A stretch of 49,426 nucleotides of DNA from Dongiaceae bacterium (GTDB lineage Bacteria; Pseudomonadota; Alphaproteobacteria; Dongiales; Dongiaceae), in NCBI GenBank assembly GCA_040902665.1, contig JBBDWX010000041.1:1-49426 (forward strand). The letters are read 5' to 3'. Made by a program: the position numbers and the translations under genes. Below the pieces are notes generated by a model that made no database searches, was not told the DNA's origin, and saw nothing but the letters and a program-made list of their open reading frames with translations. This document shows positions 35,334 to 44,175 of this stretch, piece after piece; position 1 is the first letter of the stretch; the number at the start of each line of letters is the position of its first letter.

Positions 35334-37399
35334 GCCGCCTCGCGGTTGGCGCGATCGACAATGTCGAGAATGTCGCCCATGATCGCGGTCAAATCGTAAT
35401 CCTTCGGCGTGTAGACGGCGGCAACGCCCGCCGCCTTGAGGGATGCCGCATCCTCCGGCGGAATGATGCCGCCGACGACGACCGGCACATGGCCGATACC
35501 GAGCTTCGCAAGGAGTGTCACGACCTCGCTTACCAGCGAGAGATGGCCGCCCGAGAGGACCGACAGGCCGACCACATGCACGCCCTCCTCGAGCGCGGCG
35601 TTCGCGATCTCGGCCGGCGTCAGACGGATGCCCTCATAGACGACTTCAAACCCGGCATCGCGTGCCCGCACGGCGATCTGCTCGGCACCGTTCGAATGAC
35701 CGTCGAGCCCGGGCTTGCCGACCAGCATCTTGACCCGCCGCCCGAGCCGATCCGATACCGCTGCGACCCGCTCGCGCAAACGCCCAAGCCCACCGGCATT
35801 GCCGGTGGCACTCGCGCGGCCGACGCCGGTCGGCGCGCGATATTCGCCGAACACGCCGCGTAAAGCGGCGCCCCATTCCCCGGTGGTGACGCCCGCCTTC
35901 GCGCATTCGATCGAGGCCGGCATGACATTGCGGCCATCCTTCGCCGCCGTTTCGAGACCGGCGAGCGCCGCGGCGGCGGCCTTCCCATCGCGGCCCTGGC
36001 GCCACGCATTCAGACGTTCGATCTGCTCGGCCTCGGCCTTCGCGTCGATCGCGAGGAATCCGCCATCGTCGGAGGCGGTCAGCGGCGATGGCTCGGTCTC
36101 GGTGAACCTGTTGACGCCGATGACGGTCTGTTCGCCGGCTTCGATCGCAGCGAGCCGTCGTGCGTTCGATTCGACCAGCGCCTGTTTCATGTAACCGCTC
36201 TCGACCGCGGCAACGGCCCCGCCCATCGCGTCGATGCGCGCAAGCTCTGATTTCGCCGCTTCCTTGAGCGCGGCGACCTTGGCCTCGATGACCGGCGAAC
36301 CGTCGAAGATGTCGCCGAATTCGAGAATGTCGGTTTCGAAGGCGACGATCTGCTGCAACCGGATCGACCATTGCTGGTCCCAGGGCCGCGGCAGGCCGAG
36401 CGCCTCGTTCCAGGCCGGCAATTGCACTGCCCGCGCCCGCGCCTTCTTCGAGAGCACGACCGCGAGCATCTCGAGCAGGATGCGGTAGACGTTGTTCTCA
36501 GGCTGCTGTTCGGTGAGCCCGAGCGAGTTCACCTGCACGCCATAGCGAAACCGGCGCAGCTTCTCGTCGGCGACGCCATATCGCTCGCGCCCGATCTCGT
36601 CCCACAGATCGACGAAGGCGCGCATCTTGCAGATCTCGGTGATCAGCCGGATGCCCGCATTGACGAAGAACGACATGCGGCCGAACACGGTCGGAAATTC
36701 TTCATCGGGAACCTGGCCGCCGGTCTTCACCGCATCGAGCACGGCGATCGCCGTCGCCAGCGCGAAGGCGAGTTCCTGCTGCGGCGTCGCGCCCGCCTCC
36801 TGCAGATGATAGGAGCAGACATTCGTTGGATTCCATTGCGGCACGTCGCGGCAGGCAAAGGCGATCGTGTCGGCGACCAGCCGCATCGACGGCGCCGGCG
36901 GAAAGATATAGGTGCCGCGCGAGAGATACTCCTTGACGATGTCGTTCTGCACCGTGCCCTGCAGCGCCTTGCGATCGATGCCGCGCCGGTCGGCGAGCGC
37001 GACATAGAGCGAGAGCAGCCAGGGCGCCGTCGCGTTGATCGTCATCGAGGTGTTCATGCGCTCGAGCGGCAGGCCGTCGAACAGGGTCGCCATGTCGCCA
37101 AGATGGCAGACCGGCACGCCGACTTTCCCGACCTCGCCGCGCGCCAGCACATGGTCGCTGTCGTAACCGGTCTGGGTCGGCAGATCGAAGGCGACGGAAA
37201 GCCCGGTCTGGCCCTTGGCAAGATTGGTGCGATAGAGCGCGTTCGAGGCGGCGGCCGAGCTGTGCCCGGAATAGGTGCGGATCAGCCACGGCCGCTCGGC
37301 GCCGCCCTGCGCCCCGGCGCCGGCGTCTTCGACCCTGCCGGGACGATCCCCCGGCAGCCCCCCCGGCGACCCCTTGCCAATGTCCGGCTTCTGGCTCAT
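35330..37399 (-). CDS. ecm: Ethylmalonyl-CoA mutase (MeaA-type, B12-dependent acyl-CoA mutase)
   Basis: 689-aa single-chain mutase. WLIRTYSGHSSAAASNALYRTNLAKGQTGLSVAFDLPTQTGYDSD. C-terminal cobalamin domain with GKPGLDGHSNG (DxHxxG). ccr and mcd lie nearby. Confidence 0.8.
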   Translation of the reverse strand: MSQKPDIGKGSPGGLPGDRPGRVEDAGAGAQGGAERPWLIRTYSGHSSAAASNALYRTNLAKGQTGLSVAFDLPTQTGYDSDHVLARGEVGKVGVPVCHLGDMATLFDGLPLERMNTSMTINATAPWLLSLYVALADRRGIDRKALQGTVQNDIVKEYLSRGTYIFPPAPSMRLVADTIAFACRDVPQWNPTNVCSYHLQEAGATPQQELAFALATAIAVLDAVKTGGQVPDEEFPTVFGRMSFFVNAGIRLITEICKMRAFVDLWDEIGRERYGVADEKLRRFRYGVQVNSLGLTEQQPENNVYRILLEMLAVVLSKKARARAVQLPAWNEALGLPRPWDQQWSIRLQQIVAFETDILEFGDIFDGSPVIEAKVAALKEAAKSELARIDAMGGAVAAVESGYMKQALVESNARRLAAIEAGEQTVIGVNRFTETEPSPLTASDDGGFLAIDAKAEAEQIERLNAWRQGRDGKAAAAALAGLETAAKDGRNVMPASIECAKAGVTTGEWGAALRGVFGEYRAPTGVGRASATGNAGGLGRLRERVAAVSDRLGRRVKMLVGKPGLDGHSNGAEQIAVRARDAGFEVVYEGIRLTPAEIANAALEEGVHVVGLSVLSGGHLSLVSEVVTLLAKLGIGHVPVVVGGIIPPEDAASLKAAGVAAVYTPKDYDLTAIMGDILDIVDRANREAA

Positions 37400-37528
37400 T
37401 CACCCGCTCCGGTCACACCGAATACCTGCGGTCACCCACGCATTTCGCGCAGGGCGGCAGATTAGGGTGATCCATGTTGCACCGCAATAGAGCCGCCCGC
37501 TCTGGGCCCGAAGGGAGCCCGACTGCCA

Positions 37529-37879
37529 ATGCCCCGCGAAGCCCTGCTGCCGATCCTGATGCTGCTCGCCTCGAACGTCTTCATGACCTTCGCCTGGTAC
37601 GGGCACCTGAAATTCAAGGCGGCCCCGCTCTATCTCGTCGTGATGGCGAGCTGGGGTATCGCCTTCTTCGAGTACTGGCTGGCGGTGCCGGCGAACCGGA
37701 TCGGGCACGGCTATTATTCGGCCGCCGAGCTTAAAACGATTCAGGAGATCGTGACGCTGCTGGTGTTCGCCGCCTTTTCGGTCATGTATCTCGGCGAACC
37801 GATCCGCTGGAACCACGCCGCCGGATTTCTCTGCCTGGTCGGCGCCGCGTTCTTCATTTTCGGCCGCTGGCAGAATTGA
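37529..37879 (+). CDS. DMT-superfamily small membrane protein (DUF486)
   Basis: 116 aa, four hydrophobic segments, SNVFMTFAWYGHLKF. Confidence 0.75.
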   Translation: MPREALLPILMLLASNVFMTFAWYGHLKFKAAPLYLVVMASWGIAFFEYWLAVPANRIGHGYYSAAELKTIQEIVTLLVFAAFSVMYLGEPIRWNHAAGFLCLVGAAFFIFGRWQN

Positions 37880-37886
37880 CCGCCGC

Positions 37887-38747
37887 TCACCAGTAGCGAA
37901 AGAGTTTCGCGAAATCGGCACAGCGGCGTTCGATCTCGGCGATCTCCGCCGCGCGCAGTCTCTCTCGATAGCGGCCGACCGGCGCCTCGGTCATGGCGCC
38001 GATCCAGTCGGGTGACCAGAACGCGCCGGCATAGTCGCTGCCGCGCTGCCGGCTCCAGTTCGATTGCTTCTCCCAGAACGCGGCATCGCCGAGCCGGGCG
38101 GGATCGATACGCAGATCGGCAAAGCGTGCGAGTTCACCGATCACATCGTTGTGGTTCGCAACCAGATCCTCGTAGCGCAGGATCAGCATGCGACCTTCGA
38201 ACAACCCCATGTCTCGGAACGTGTCGGCATAGTAACCGCGGAACACGTCGCAGAACTTCGCCATGTCGCGACCAAACGCCGCCAGCGAACCGCGTTCGCC
38301 CTTCGCGGCAAGCCGTTCGCCGACCGCGACCATCGAGGCGATCGTATCGCGCGGATCGCGCACGGTGATGACGAAACGTGCATCGGGGAACCATTCCGCC
38401 AACCGGCGAAAATGCCGCGTCGTTTCCGGATGTTTAAGAGCGAGTTTGCGCGCACGGGGATAGCGCGCGCGAACGACGGCAAGAAACCGCGTGCACGATT
38501 CGCGCGAAAACGCATCGAACGCAGCCGCATCCTCGAAGTAATCGGCGAGGAAGAGATCGAACTGGCCGTGCCATTGCGCCGCCAGATCGAGCTGCGCGCC
38601 GAGATACTGGCTTTCCGCCAGCAGGGGATTGGTCTCGCCCGACGAAGTCAGCAGCCTTGCCGCCAGCGTCGTGCCGCTGCGCATCGCGCCGCCGACGAAC
38701 AGCACGCCCGCTCCGGTCTCCCGCTCTGCTTCTGACGTCGACCCCAT
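37887..38747 (-). CDS. Sulfotransferase family protein
   Basis: 286 aa. LFVGGAMRSGTTLAARLL (5'-PSB) and FVITVRDPRDTIASMV (3'-PB). The start is 10 nt after the metZ stop. Confidence 0.8.
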   Translation of the reverse strand: MGSTSEAERETGAGVLFVGGAMRSGTTLAARLLTSSGETNPLLAESQYLGAQLDLAAQWHGQFDLFLADYFEDAAAFDAFSRESCTRFLAVVRARYPRARKLALKHPETTRHFRRLAEWFPDARFVITVRDPRDTIASMVAVGERLAAKGERGSLAAFGRDMAKFCDVFRGYYADTFRDMGLFEGRMLILRYEDLVANHNDVIGELARFADLRIDPARLGDAAFWEKQSNWSRQRGSDYAGAFWSPDWIGAMTEAPVGRYRERLRAAEIAEIERRCADFAKLFRYW

Positions 38748-38757
38748 GAGGTCGATG

Positions 38758-39954
38758 TTATACCGCGGCCAGCGCCTGGGCGAGATCGTCCTCGAGATCG
38801 GCGACGTCTTCGAGGCCGATCGAGATGCGCACCAGCCCGTCGGGAATGCCCTGCTGCGCGCGCAGCTCGGGTCCGAGGCGCTGATGGGTCGTGGTGGCAG
38901 GATGGGTCGCGAGCGATTTCGAATCGCCGAGATTATTCGAGATCAGCACCAGCCTGAGCGCGTTGAGGAAGCGGAACGCGCCCTGCTTTCCGCCGGCAAT
39001 CTCGAACGAGAGAACCGTGCCGCCGGCCGACATCTGGCGGCGCGCGAGTTCGAACTGCGGATGCGAGGCGAGGCCGGGATAGAGCACTTCCTCGACCTTC
39101 TGATGCGTCGAGAGAAAGCCAGCGATATGCGAGGCGGTGCCGCTGGCGTGTGCGACGCGCAGCGGCATCGTTTCGAGTCCTTTGAGGAAAATCCAGGCGT
39201 TGTACGGAGACAAGGCTGGCCCGGTATGACGATAGAAGGGTTGCAACTCGTCGATCACGAATTTCTGCGTGCCGAGGATCGCCCCGCCGAGGGCGCGACC
39301 CTGTCCGTCGATATGCTTGGTCGCAGAATAGACCACTATGTCGGCGCCGAGTTCGAGCGGCTTCTGCAACAGCGGCGAGGCAAACACATTGTCGACCACG
39401 ACGCGGGCACCCGCCTCGTGCGCGAGATTAGACACCGCCGCCAGGTCGACCAGGCGAAGGCTGGGATTGGACGGGCTTTCGAGAAAAACGACCTTGGTCG
39501 GTTTCGCAAGAGCTTTCTTCCAGGCATCGAGCTCGCGGCCGTCGACCAGCACGCAGTCGATGCCGTAGCGCGGCAGAATTTCGGCGACGATAAAGTGGCA
39601 GGATCCGAACAACGCATCCGACGAAACCAGACGGTCGCCGGTCCGGAGCTGGCAAAGCAGGGCGGCAAACACCGCCGCCATGCCCGATGCCGTCGCGCGA
39701 CAGGCCTCGGCACCTTCGAGCAGCGACATGCGGTCTTCGAACATCTGCACGGTCGGGTTGGCGTAGCGCGAATAAACGAAACGCGGCTTCGAGTTGTTGA
39801 ACGCGGCTTCGGCCTCTTCGGCGGACGAATAGGTGTAGCCCGAGTTCATGAAGATCGCCTCGGCGGTTTCCATGAACTCTGTCCGCAGCACGCCGCCATG
39901 AACGAGGCGCGTCGCCGGGCGCCATGCTTTTGCGTCGGGTTTCTTCCGGGTCAT
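38758..39954 (-). CDS. metZ: O-succinylhomoserine sulfhydrylase
   Basis: 398 aa. WRPATRLVHGG...FVYSRYANPT...YSATKHIDGQGR (PLP lysine). SD GGAGG lies 6 nt upstream. Confidence 0.85.
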   Translation of the reverse strand: MTRKKPDAKAWRPATRLVHGGVLRTEFMETAEAIFMNSGYTYSSAEEAEAAFNNSKPRFVYSRYANPTVQMFEDRMSLLEGAEACRATASGMAAVFAALLCQLRTGDRLVSSDALFGSCHFIVAEILPRYGIDCVLVDGRELDAWKKALAKPTKVVFLESPSNPSLRLVDLAAVSNLAHEAGARVVVDNVFASPLLQKPLELGADIVVYSATKHIDGQGRALGGAILGTQKFVIDELQPFYRHTGPALSPYNAWIFLKGLETMPLRVAHASGTASHIAGFLSTHQKVEEVLYPGLASHPQFELARRQMSAGGTVLSFEIAGGKQGAFRFLNALRLVLISNNLGDSKSLATHPATTTHQRLGPELRAQQGIPDGLVRISIGLEDVADLEDDLAQALAAV

Positions 39955-39986
39955 CGGTCGCCTCCTGCCCGCGCATGGCGGACATC

Positions 39987-40014
39987 AAAAAACCCCGGCC
40001 GTCGGAGGCCGAGG
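39987..40014 (-). terminator. Intrinsic terminator/attenuator hairpin inside the metZ leader
   Basis: Minus-strand RNA: CCUCGGCC-UCCGAC-GGCCGGGG followed by UUUUUU. It sits between the riboswitch-like element and the metZ SD. Confidence 0.6.
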
Positions 40015-40045
40015 TTTGGGCGGGAACACATCCCGCGGGCAACCA

Positions 40046-40100
40046 GGGCCTTTTAGCTGCTTGTTTTACGTGGCCGCAAGCCGGCTCAAATCGCCACGGG
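40046..40100 (-). promoter_or_regulatory. SAM-II (SAM_alpha) riboswitch-like element
   Basis: RNA: CCCGUGGCGAUUUGAGCCGGCUUGCGGCCACGUAAAACAAGCAGCUAAAAGGCCC. P1 is GUGGC/GCCAC. Loop GCUUG can pair with downstream CAAGC (H-type pseudoknot). The conserved-looking CGAUUU and AGCUAAAA blocks are present. The position upstream of metZ is typical for alphaproteobacteria. Confidence 0.65.
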
Positions 40101-40225
40101 ATCGGCAGCGGAAATAGACCCCACAGCGCCGCCTGTCAACACGCCCGATGACCGCCGGTTACGCAAAGCTTGCATGTCGCATCGGCGGTATCTAGCGTTT
40201 CGCAAGGGAGCTGGGGGCATCGGCC

Positions 40226-41458
40226 ATGGTCGGTATATCGGGCGGCAACTATTCATCGCAAACGCTGGCACGACCGCCCGGGAGCCCGCCGGTCCATCGC
40301 TTCGAGTATGACGGGCGGCTCGGCCCCCTTTACTGGCTCTTCCTCAAGAACCTGCTGCTCAGCATCGTCACCTTCGGCATCTATCGTTTCTGGGGCCGCA
40401 CGAACATTCGCCGTTACATCTGGTCGAACACCCGCTTTCTGAGCGATCCGCTTGAGTATACCGGCAAGGGTTCGGAACTGTTCGCCGGCTTTCTCATCGT
40501 GTTCGGAATCCTGTTCGTTGTATCGGCGGCGGTGAACATCATCGTGGTCGGGCTCGGCCCAGAATCGCCGGTTGCGCTGATCCTCAACATCGCTTTTCCG
40601 ATCTTCATCGGTTACTTCGTTTTCGTGGCGCAGTATGCCGCGCAGCGCTATCGCCTGACGCGCACGGTCTGGCGGGGCTTACGCGGCGGCATGACCGGGT
40701 CAGCCTGGTCTTATGGCGCCTATGCGTTCGGTGTCACATTGCTGACCGGGCTCACACTCACCATCGCGCGTCCCTGGGCACGCGCGCGGCTGATCGAGCG
40801 GAGGTTGTCGAATTCCTATTTCGGCGACGGCAAGATCACGGTTGCTTTCTCGTCCCGACCTCTGTTCCCGAGCTACCTCGCGGGGCTCGCGACATTTCTG
40901 GTCGGCGCCGGCCTGGTCGGTTATCTCGTCTATGTCGCGCTCAGCGGTACCGACATCGTGGACCGCTTCACCGAGCTCTTTGCGATGAACGGCGGAGACG
41001 GCGGCGGCGGCAGCGATGGCGGAAGCAGGGACGAGACCAGTGGCAGGAAGACGACGAAGGCTGCCGATGAAGTGGAAATCGCGCAACTCATCTTCACCGT
41101 GCTGGGGCTCTATGTCCTCGTCGCTGTCATTCTGCTGGTTTATTCCGCAATCTGCTTCGCCTGGTTCGATGCGGCAACGGCGCGCGTCACCGCCGCGAAC
41201 GCCACCTTCCAGGATCTGCGCTTCGGCAGCAGCGCATCCGGCGGGCAGATCGCCTGGCTCGTTGCCGGCAATTTCCTGCTGATCTTGTTCACGCTCTATC
41301 TCGCCTATCCGGTCGCCGTTCAGCGCACGATTCGATTCGTCACCCGGAATTGCCTCGTGTACGGCACGCTCGATGTCGAACGATTGCGCCAGACGACTCT
41401 CGTGAAATCGAAGACCGGCGAGGGTCTGCTCGAGGTCTTTGACCCCGGCATGTTCTGA
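40226..41458 (+). CDS. YjgN/DUF898 family multi-pass membrane protein
   Basis: 410 aa. FEYDGRLGPLYWLFLKNLLLSIVTFGIYRFWGRTNIRRY is the DUF898 opening. A second repeat follows an internal Gly/Asp-rich linker. Confidence 0.75.
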   Translation: MVGISGGNYSSQTLARPPGSPPVHRFEYDGRLGPLYWLFLKNLLLSIVTFGIYRFWGRTNIRRYIWSNTRFLSDPLEYTGKGSELFAGFLIVFGILFVVSAAVNIIVVGLGPESPVALILNIAFPIFIGYFVFVAQYAAQRYRLTRTVWRGLRGGMTGSAWSYGAYAFGVTLLTGLTLTIARPWARARLIERRLSNSYFGDGKITVAFSSRPLFPSYLAGLATFLVGAGLVGYLVYVALSGTDIVDRFTELFAMNGGDGGGGSDGGSRDETSGRKTTKAADEVEIAQLIFTVLGLYVLVAVILLVYSAICFAWFDAATARVTAANATFQDLRFGSSASGGQIAWLVAGNFLLILFTLYLAYPVAVQRTIRFVTRNCLVYGTLDVERLRQTTLVKSKTGEGLLEVFDPGMF

Positions 41459-41472
41459 ACAGGTGCATTGGC

Positions 41473-42561
41473 ATGCCGGAAACCGTCAATAGCACCCCGC
41501 CGCCTTCGCCCGATCGTTTCCATGACGGGGCGAGCGCCGTCAGTCGCCCCGTAGGGTTCGCCCTGATCGGCGATACGTTGCAGATCCGCGATGCCGCGGG
41601 CGCGCCGCTGGCAAACTGGCCGCTCGTCGACATGCGCGTGATCGACGAGAACCAGGTGAACGGCTCGATGACATTCGCCTGCACAGACAGCGAAGGCGCG
41701 CGGCTCGTCCTGTTTCCCTCCGACGAACGCGAGCGGCTGTTGGCGGCAAATCCAACATTACGGCACTGGCGGCGGCATCGCGGCATAATGGAGCTGCGCA
41801 CCGTCGCGATCTGGTCCGCCGTGATGATCGCGATCGTGGCGGCGGGCTATTTCGGATGGCGGCCGATGGCCGGCCATATCGCAGCGGCCGTACCGCCGGC
41901 CTGGGAATCACGGCTCGGCGACACGATCCGCGCCACGCTGGTCGACAGCATGGGCAGTTGCGAGAGCCCCGCCGGCATTGCCGCGCTCGAGGCTCTGGTC
42001 GCCCGCATCGCCCCCGCCTCGCTGACCGAACCGCCGATCACTGTCGGCGTCGTCCGGCAGGGCCAGCCGAATGCCCTCGCCTTGCCTGGCAACCATATTC
42101 TTGTCTTCGAAGGGCTGATTGCGGATGCCGAGGCACCGGAGATGCTGGCCGGTGTACTGGCACACGAAATCGCACATCTCGATCTCGACCATCCGACCCG
42201 CCGCATTGTCGAACAGCTCGGCCTCGGCGCCATCGTCACGATCGCATTCGGTGGCAGCGATGTCGGCAATGCGGGGCTGTTGCTGGCGATGCTGTCCTAT
42301 TCGCGCGAATCCGAAGCCGAAGCGGACGATCGTGCGATCGAACTGCTCGAGGCCGCCGGCATCCGGACCGACGGTCTCGCCCGCTTCTTCGAGAAGATCC
42401 ATGCGGCGCATCCGCTCGATGTGCCGGACTGGCTCTCGACCCATCCGGACCTCGCCGCGCGGGCTGCCGCCAACCCCGGCAGCGCCGCCGGCGATAGCGG
42501 TGTCGCCCCTGCCGAATGGGCCGCAATCCGGGCGGTCTGTGCCCGAAAAAACAATTCCTAG
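41473..42561 (+). CDS. M48 family zinc metallopeptidase with N-terminal PH-like/DUF domain
   Basis: 362 aa. LAGVLAHEIAHLDLDHP (HExxH), downstream SRESEAEAD, one TM segment. Confidence 0.8.
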   Translation: MPETVNSTPPPSPDRFHDGASAVSRPVGFALIGDTLQIRDAAGAPLANWPLVDMRVIDENQVNGSMTFACTDSEGARLVLFPSDERERLLAANPTLRHWRRHRGIMELRTVAIWSAVMIAIVAAGYFGWRPMAGHIAAAVPPAWESRLGDTIRATLVDSMGSCESPAGIAALEALVARIAPASLTEPPITVGVVRQGQPNALALPGNHILVFEGLIADAEAPEMLAGVLAHEIAHLDLDHPTRRIVEQLGLGAIVTIAFGGSDVGNAGLLLAMLSYSRESEAEADDRAIELLEAAGIRTDGLARFFEKIHAAHPLDVPDWLSTHPDLAARAAANPGSAAGDSGVAPAEWAAIRAVCARKNNS

Positions 42562-42703
42562 CAATTTTATTGCTTCAACGGTAGTGGGCGGGCAACAAGC
42601 GAGCATTTGTGCGTTGCAATAGATTTTTGCACTCGCTAAGACGGAGCCGGCAACGGGGGCCATACGGGCGTCCGGACACCGTACGATCAGCGAGCGAGGG
42701 GAT

Positions 42704-44011
42704 ATGAGCGCTATGACCGCGAATGCCGCTTCGGCCAGCCAGGAGGCCGCCAACCAGACGACCGGCCCCGCCGGCAAGGATCTTTACGAGATCGGCGAGA
42801 TCCCTCCGCTCGGATTCGTTCCGCCCACGATGTACGCCTGGGCGATCCGGCGCGACCGGCACGGTCCGCCCGAAGAATCGATGCAGGTCGAGGTCGTCGA
42901 AACACCCAAGCTCGACAGCCACGACGTGCTGATTCTCGTGATGGCGGCCGGCGTCAACTACAACGGCGTCTGGGCCGGACTCGGCAAGCCGATTTCACCG
43001 TTCGACGTGCACAAGGCCGACTATCACATCGCCGGTTCGGATGCGTCGGGCATCGTCTGGGCTGTCGGCTCCAAGGTCACGCGCTGGAAGGTGGGCGACG
43101 AAGTCGTCGTCCATTGCAACCAGGACGACGGCGACGACGAGGAATGCAACGGCGGCGATCCGATGTTCTCGCCCTCGCAAAGGATCTGGGGCTACGAAAC
43201 GCCGGACGGCTCTTTCGCTCAGTTCTGCCGTGTGCAGGACCGCCAGCTCATGCATCGCGCCCGGCATCTCACCTGGGAAGAGAGCGCCTGCTACACCCTG
43301 ACGCTCGCGACCGCCTATCGCATGCTGTTCGGCCACCGCCCGCATATCCTCCGGCCCGGCCATAACGTGCTGGTCTGGGGCGCCTCGGGCGGTCTCGGAT
43401 CGATGGCGATCCAGCTGATCTCGACGGCGGGCGCCAATGCGATCGGCATCATCTCAGACGAATCCAAGCGCGAATTTGTGCTCTCGCTCGGCGCCAAGGG
43501 CGTCATCAACCGCACGCAGTTCGATTGCTGGGGCCAGTTGCCCGACGTCGACGATGCCGTCGCGTATGGCGAGTACATGAAAAAATGCCGCGAATTCGGC
43601 AAGGCGATCTGGGCGATCACCGGCAAGGGCAACGACGTCGACTTCGTGTTCGAACATCCGGGCGAATCGACCTTTCCGGTATCCTGCTTCGTCGTGAAAC
43701 GCGGCGGCATGGTCGTGTTCTGCGCTGGCACCACCGGCTACAACATCACCTTCGATGCGCGCTTCGTGTGGATGCGCCAGAAGCGCATCCAGGGCAGCCA
43801 TTTCGCCAACCTGCTGCAGGCAGCGCAGGCAAACCAGCTGGTGATCGAACGGCGTATCGATCCCTGCATGTCGGAAGTGTTTTCCTGGGCCGACATTCCG
43901 CGCGCCCATACCAAAATGTGGAAGAACCAGCACAAGCCGGGCAACATGGCCGTGCTGGTCCAGGCGAAGCGGCCGGGCCTGCGTACGCTCGAGGATGCGG
44001 CGGAGGAGTAG
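42704..44011 (+). CDS. ccr: Crotonyl-CoA carboxylase/reductase
   Basis: 435 aa. KDLYEIGEIPPLGFVPPTMYAWAIRRDRHGPP...GVNYNGVWA...WGYETPDGSFAQF...VWGASGGLGS is the characteristic Ccr subfamily pattern of MDR enzymes. Confidence 0.85.
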   Translation: MSAMTANAASASQEAANQTTGPAGKDLYEIGEIPPLGFVPPTMYAWAIRRDRHGPPEESMQVEVVETPKLDSHDVLILVMAAGVNYNGVWAGLGKPISPFDVHKADYHIAGSDASGIVWAVGSKVTRWKVGDEVVVHCNQDDGDDEECNGGDPMFSPSQRIWGYETPDGSFAQFCRVQDRQLMHRARHLTWEESACYTLTLATAYRMLFGHRPHILRPGHNVLVWGASGGLGSMAIQLISTAGANAIGIISDESKREFVLSLGAKGVINRTQFDCWGQLPDVDDAVAYGEYMKKCREFGKAIWAITGKGNDVDFVFEHPGESTFPVSCFVVKRGGMVVFCAGTTGYNITFDARFVWMRQKRIQGSHFANLLQAAQANQLVIERRIDPCMSEVFSWADIPRAHTKMWKNQHKPGNMAVLVQAKRPGLRTLEDAAEE

Positions 44012-44037
44012 AAATCAGTCGCGTCAATCCTGGTTGC

Positions 44038-44115
44038 CCTCATCCTGAGCCTGTCGAAGGATGATTGCGTTTCGCCCGCCGTGCCGCCTCATGCTTCGAC
44101 AGGCTCAGCATGAGG
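44038..44115. repeat. Imperfect inverted repeat (REP/MITE-like intergenic element)
   Basis: CCTCATCCTGAGCCTGTCGAAG (44038-44059) versus CTTCGACAGGCTCAGCATGAGG (44094-44115). 21 of 22 positions are complementary, with a ~34-nt spacer. Confidence 0.7.
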
Positions 44116-44154
44116 ACAAGAGGTAGGCCATCCTTCAATCACCCCTCCCCCCAA

Positions 44155-44175
44155 CCCCTCCCTCAAGGGGAGGGG
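44155..44175. repeat. Short C/G-run hairpin overlapping the mcd Shine-Dalgarno
   Basis: CCCCTCCC (44155-44162), TCAAG, GGGAGGGG (44168-44175). The right arm contains the GGAGG that lies about 8 nt before ATG 44184. Confidence 0.55.

Noticed and set aside
37400-37528. Possible cobalamin riboswitch near the B12-dependent ecm gene
   Set aside because: No B12-box-like GCCACUG element or multi-stem architecture was seen in this 129-nt divergent region. B12 riboswitches normally control B12 supply genes, not mutases.
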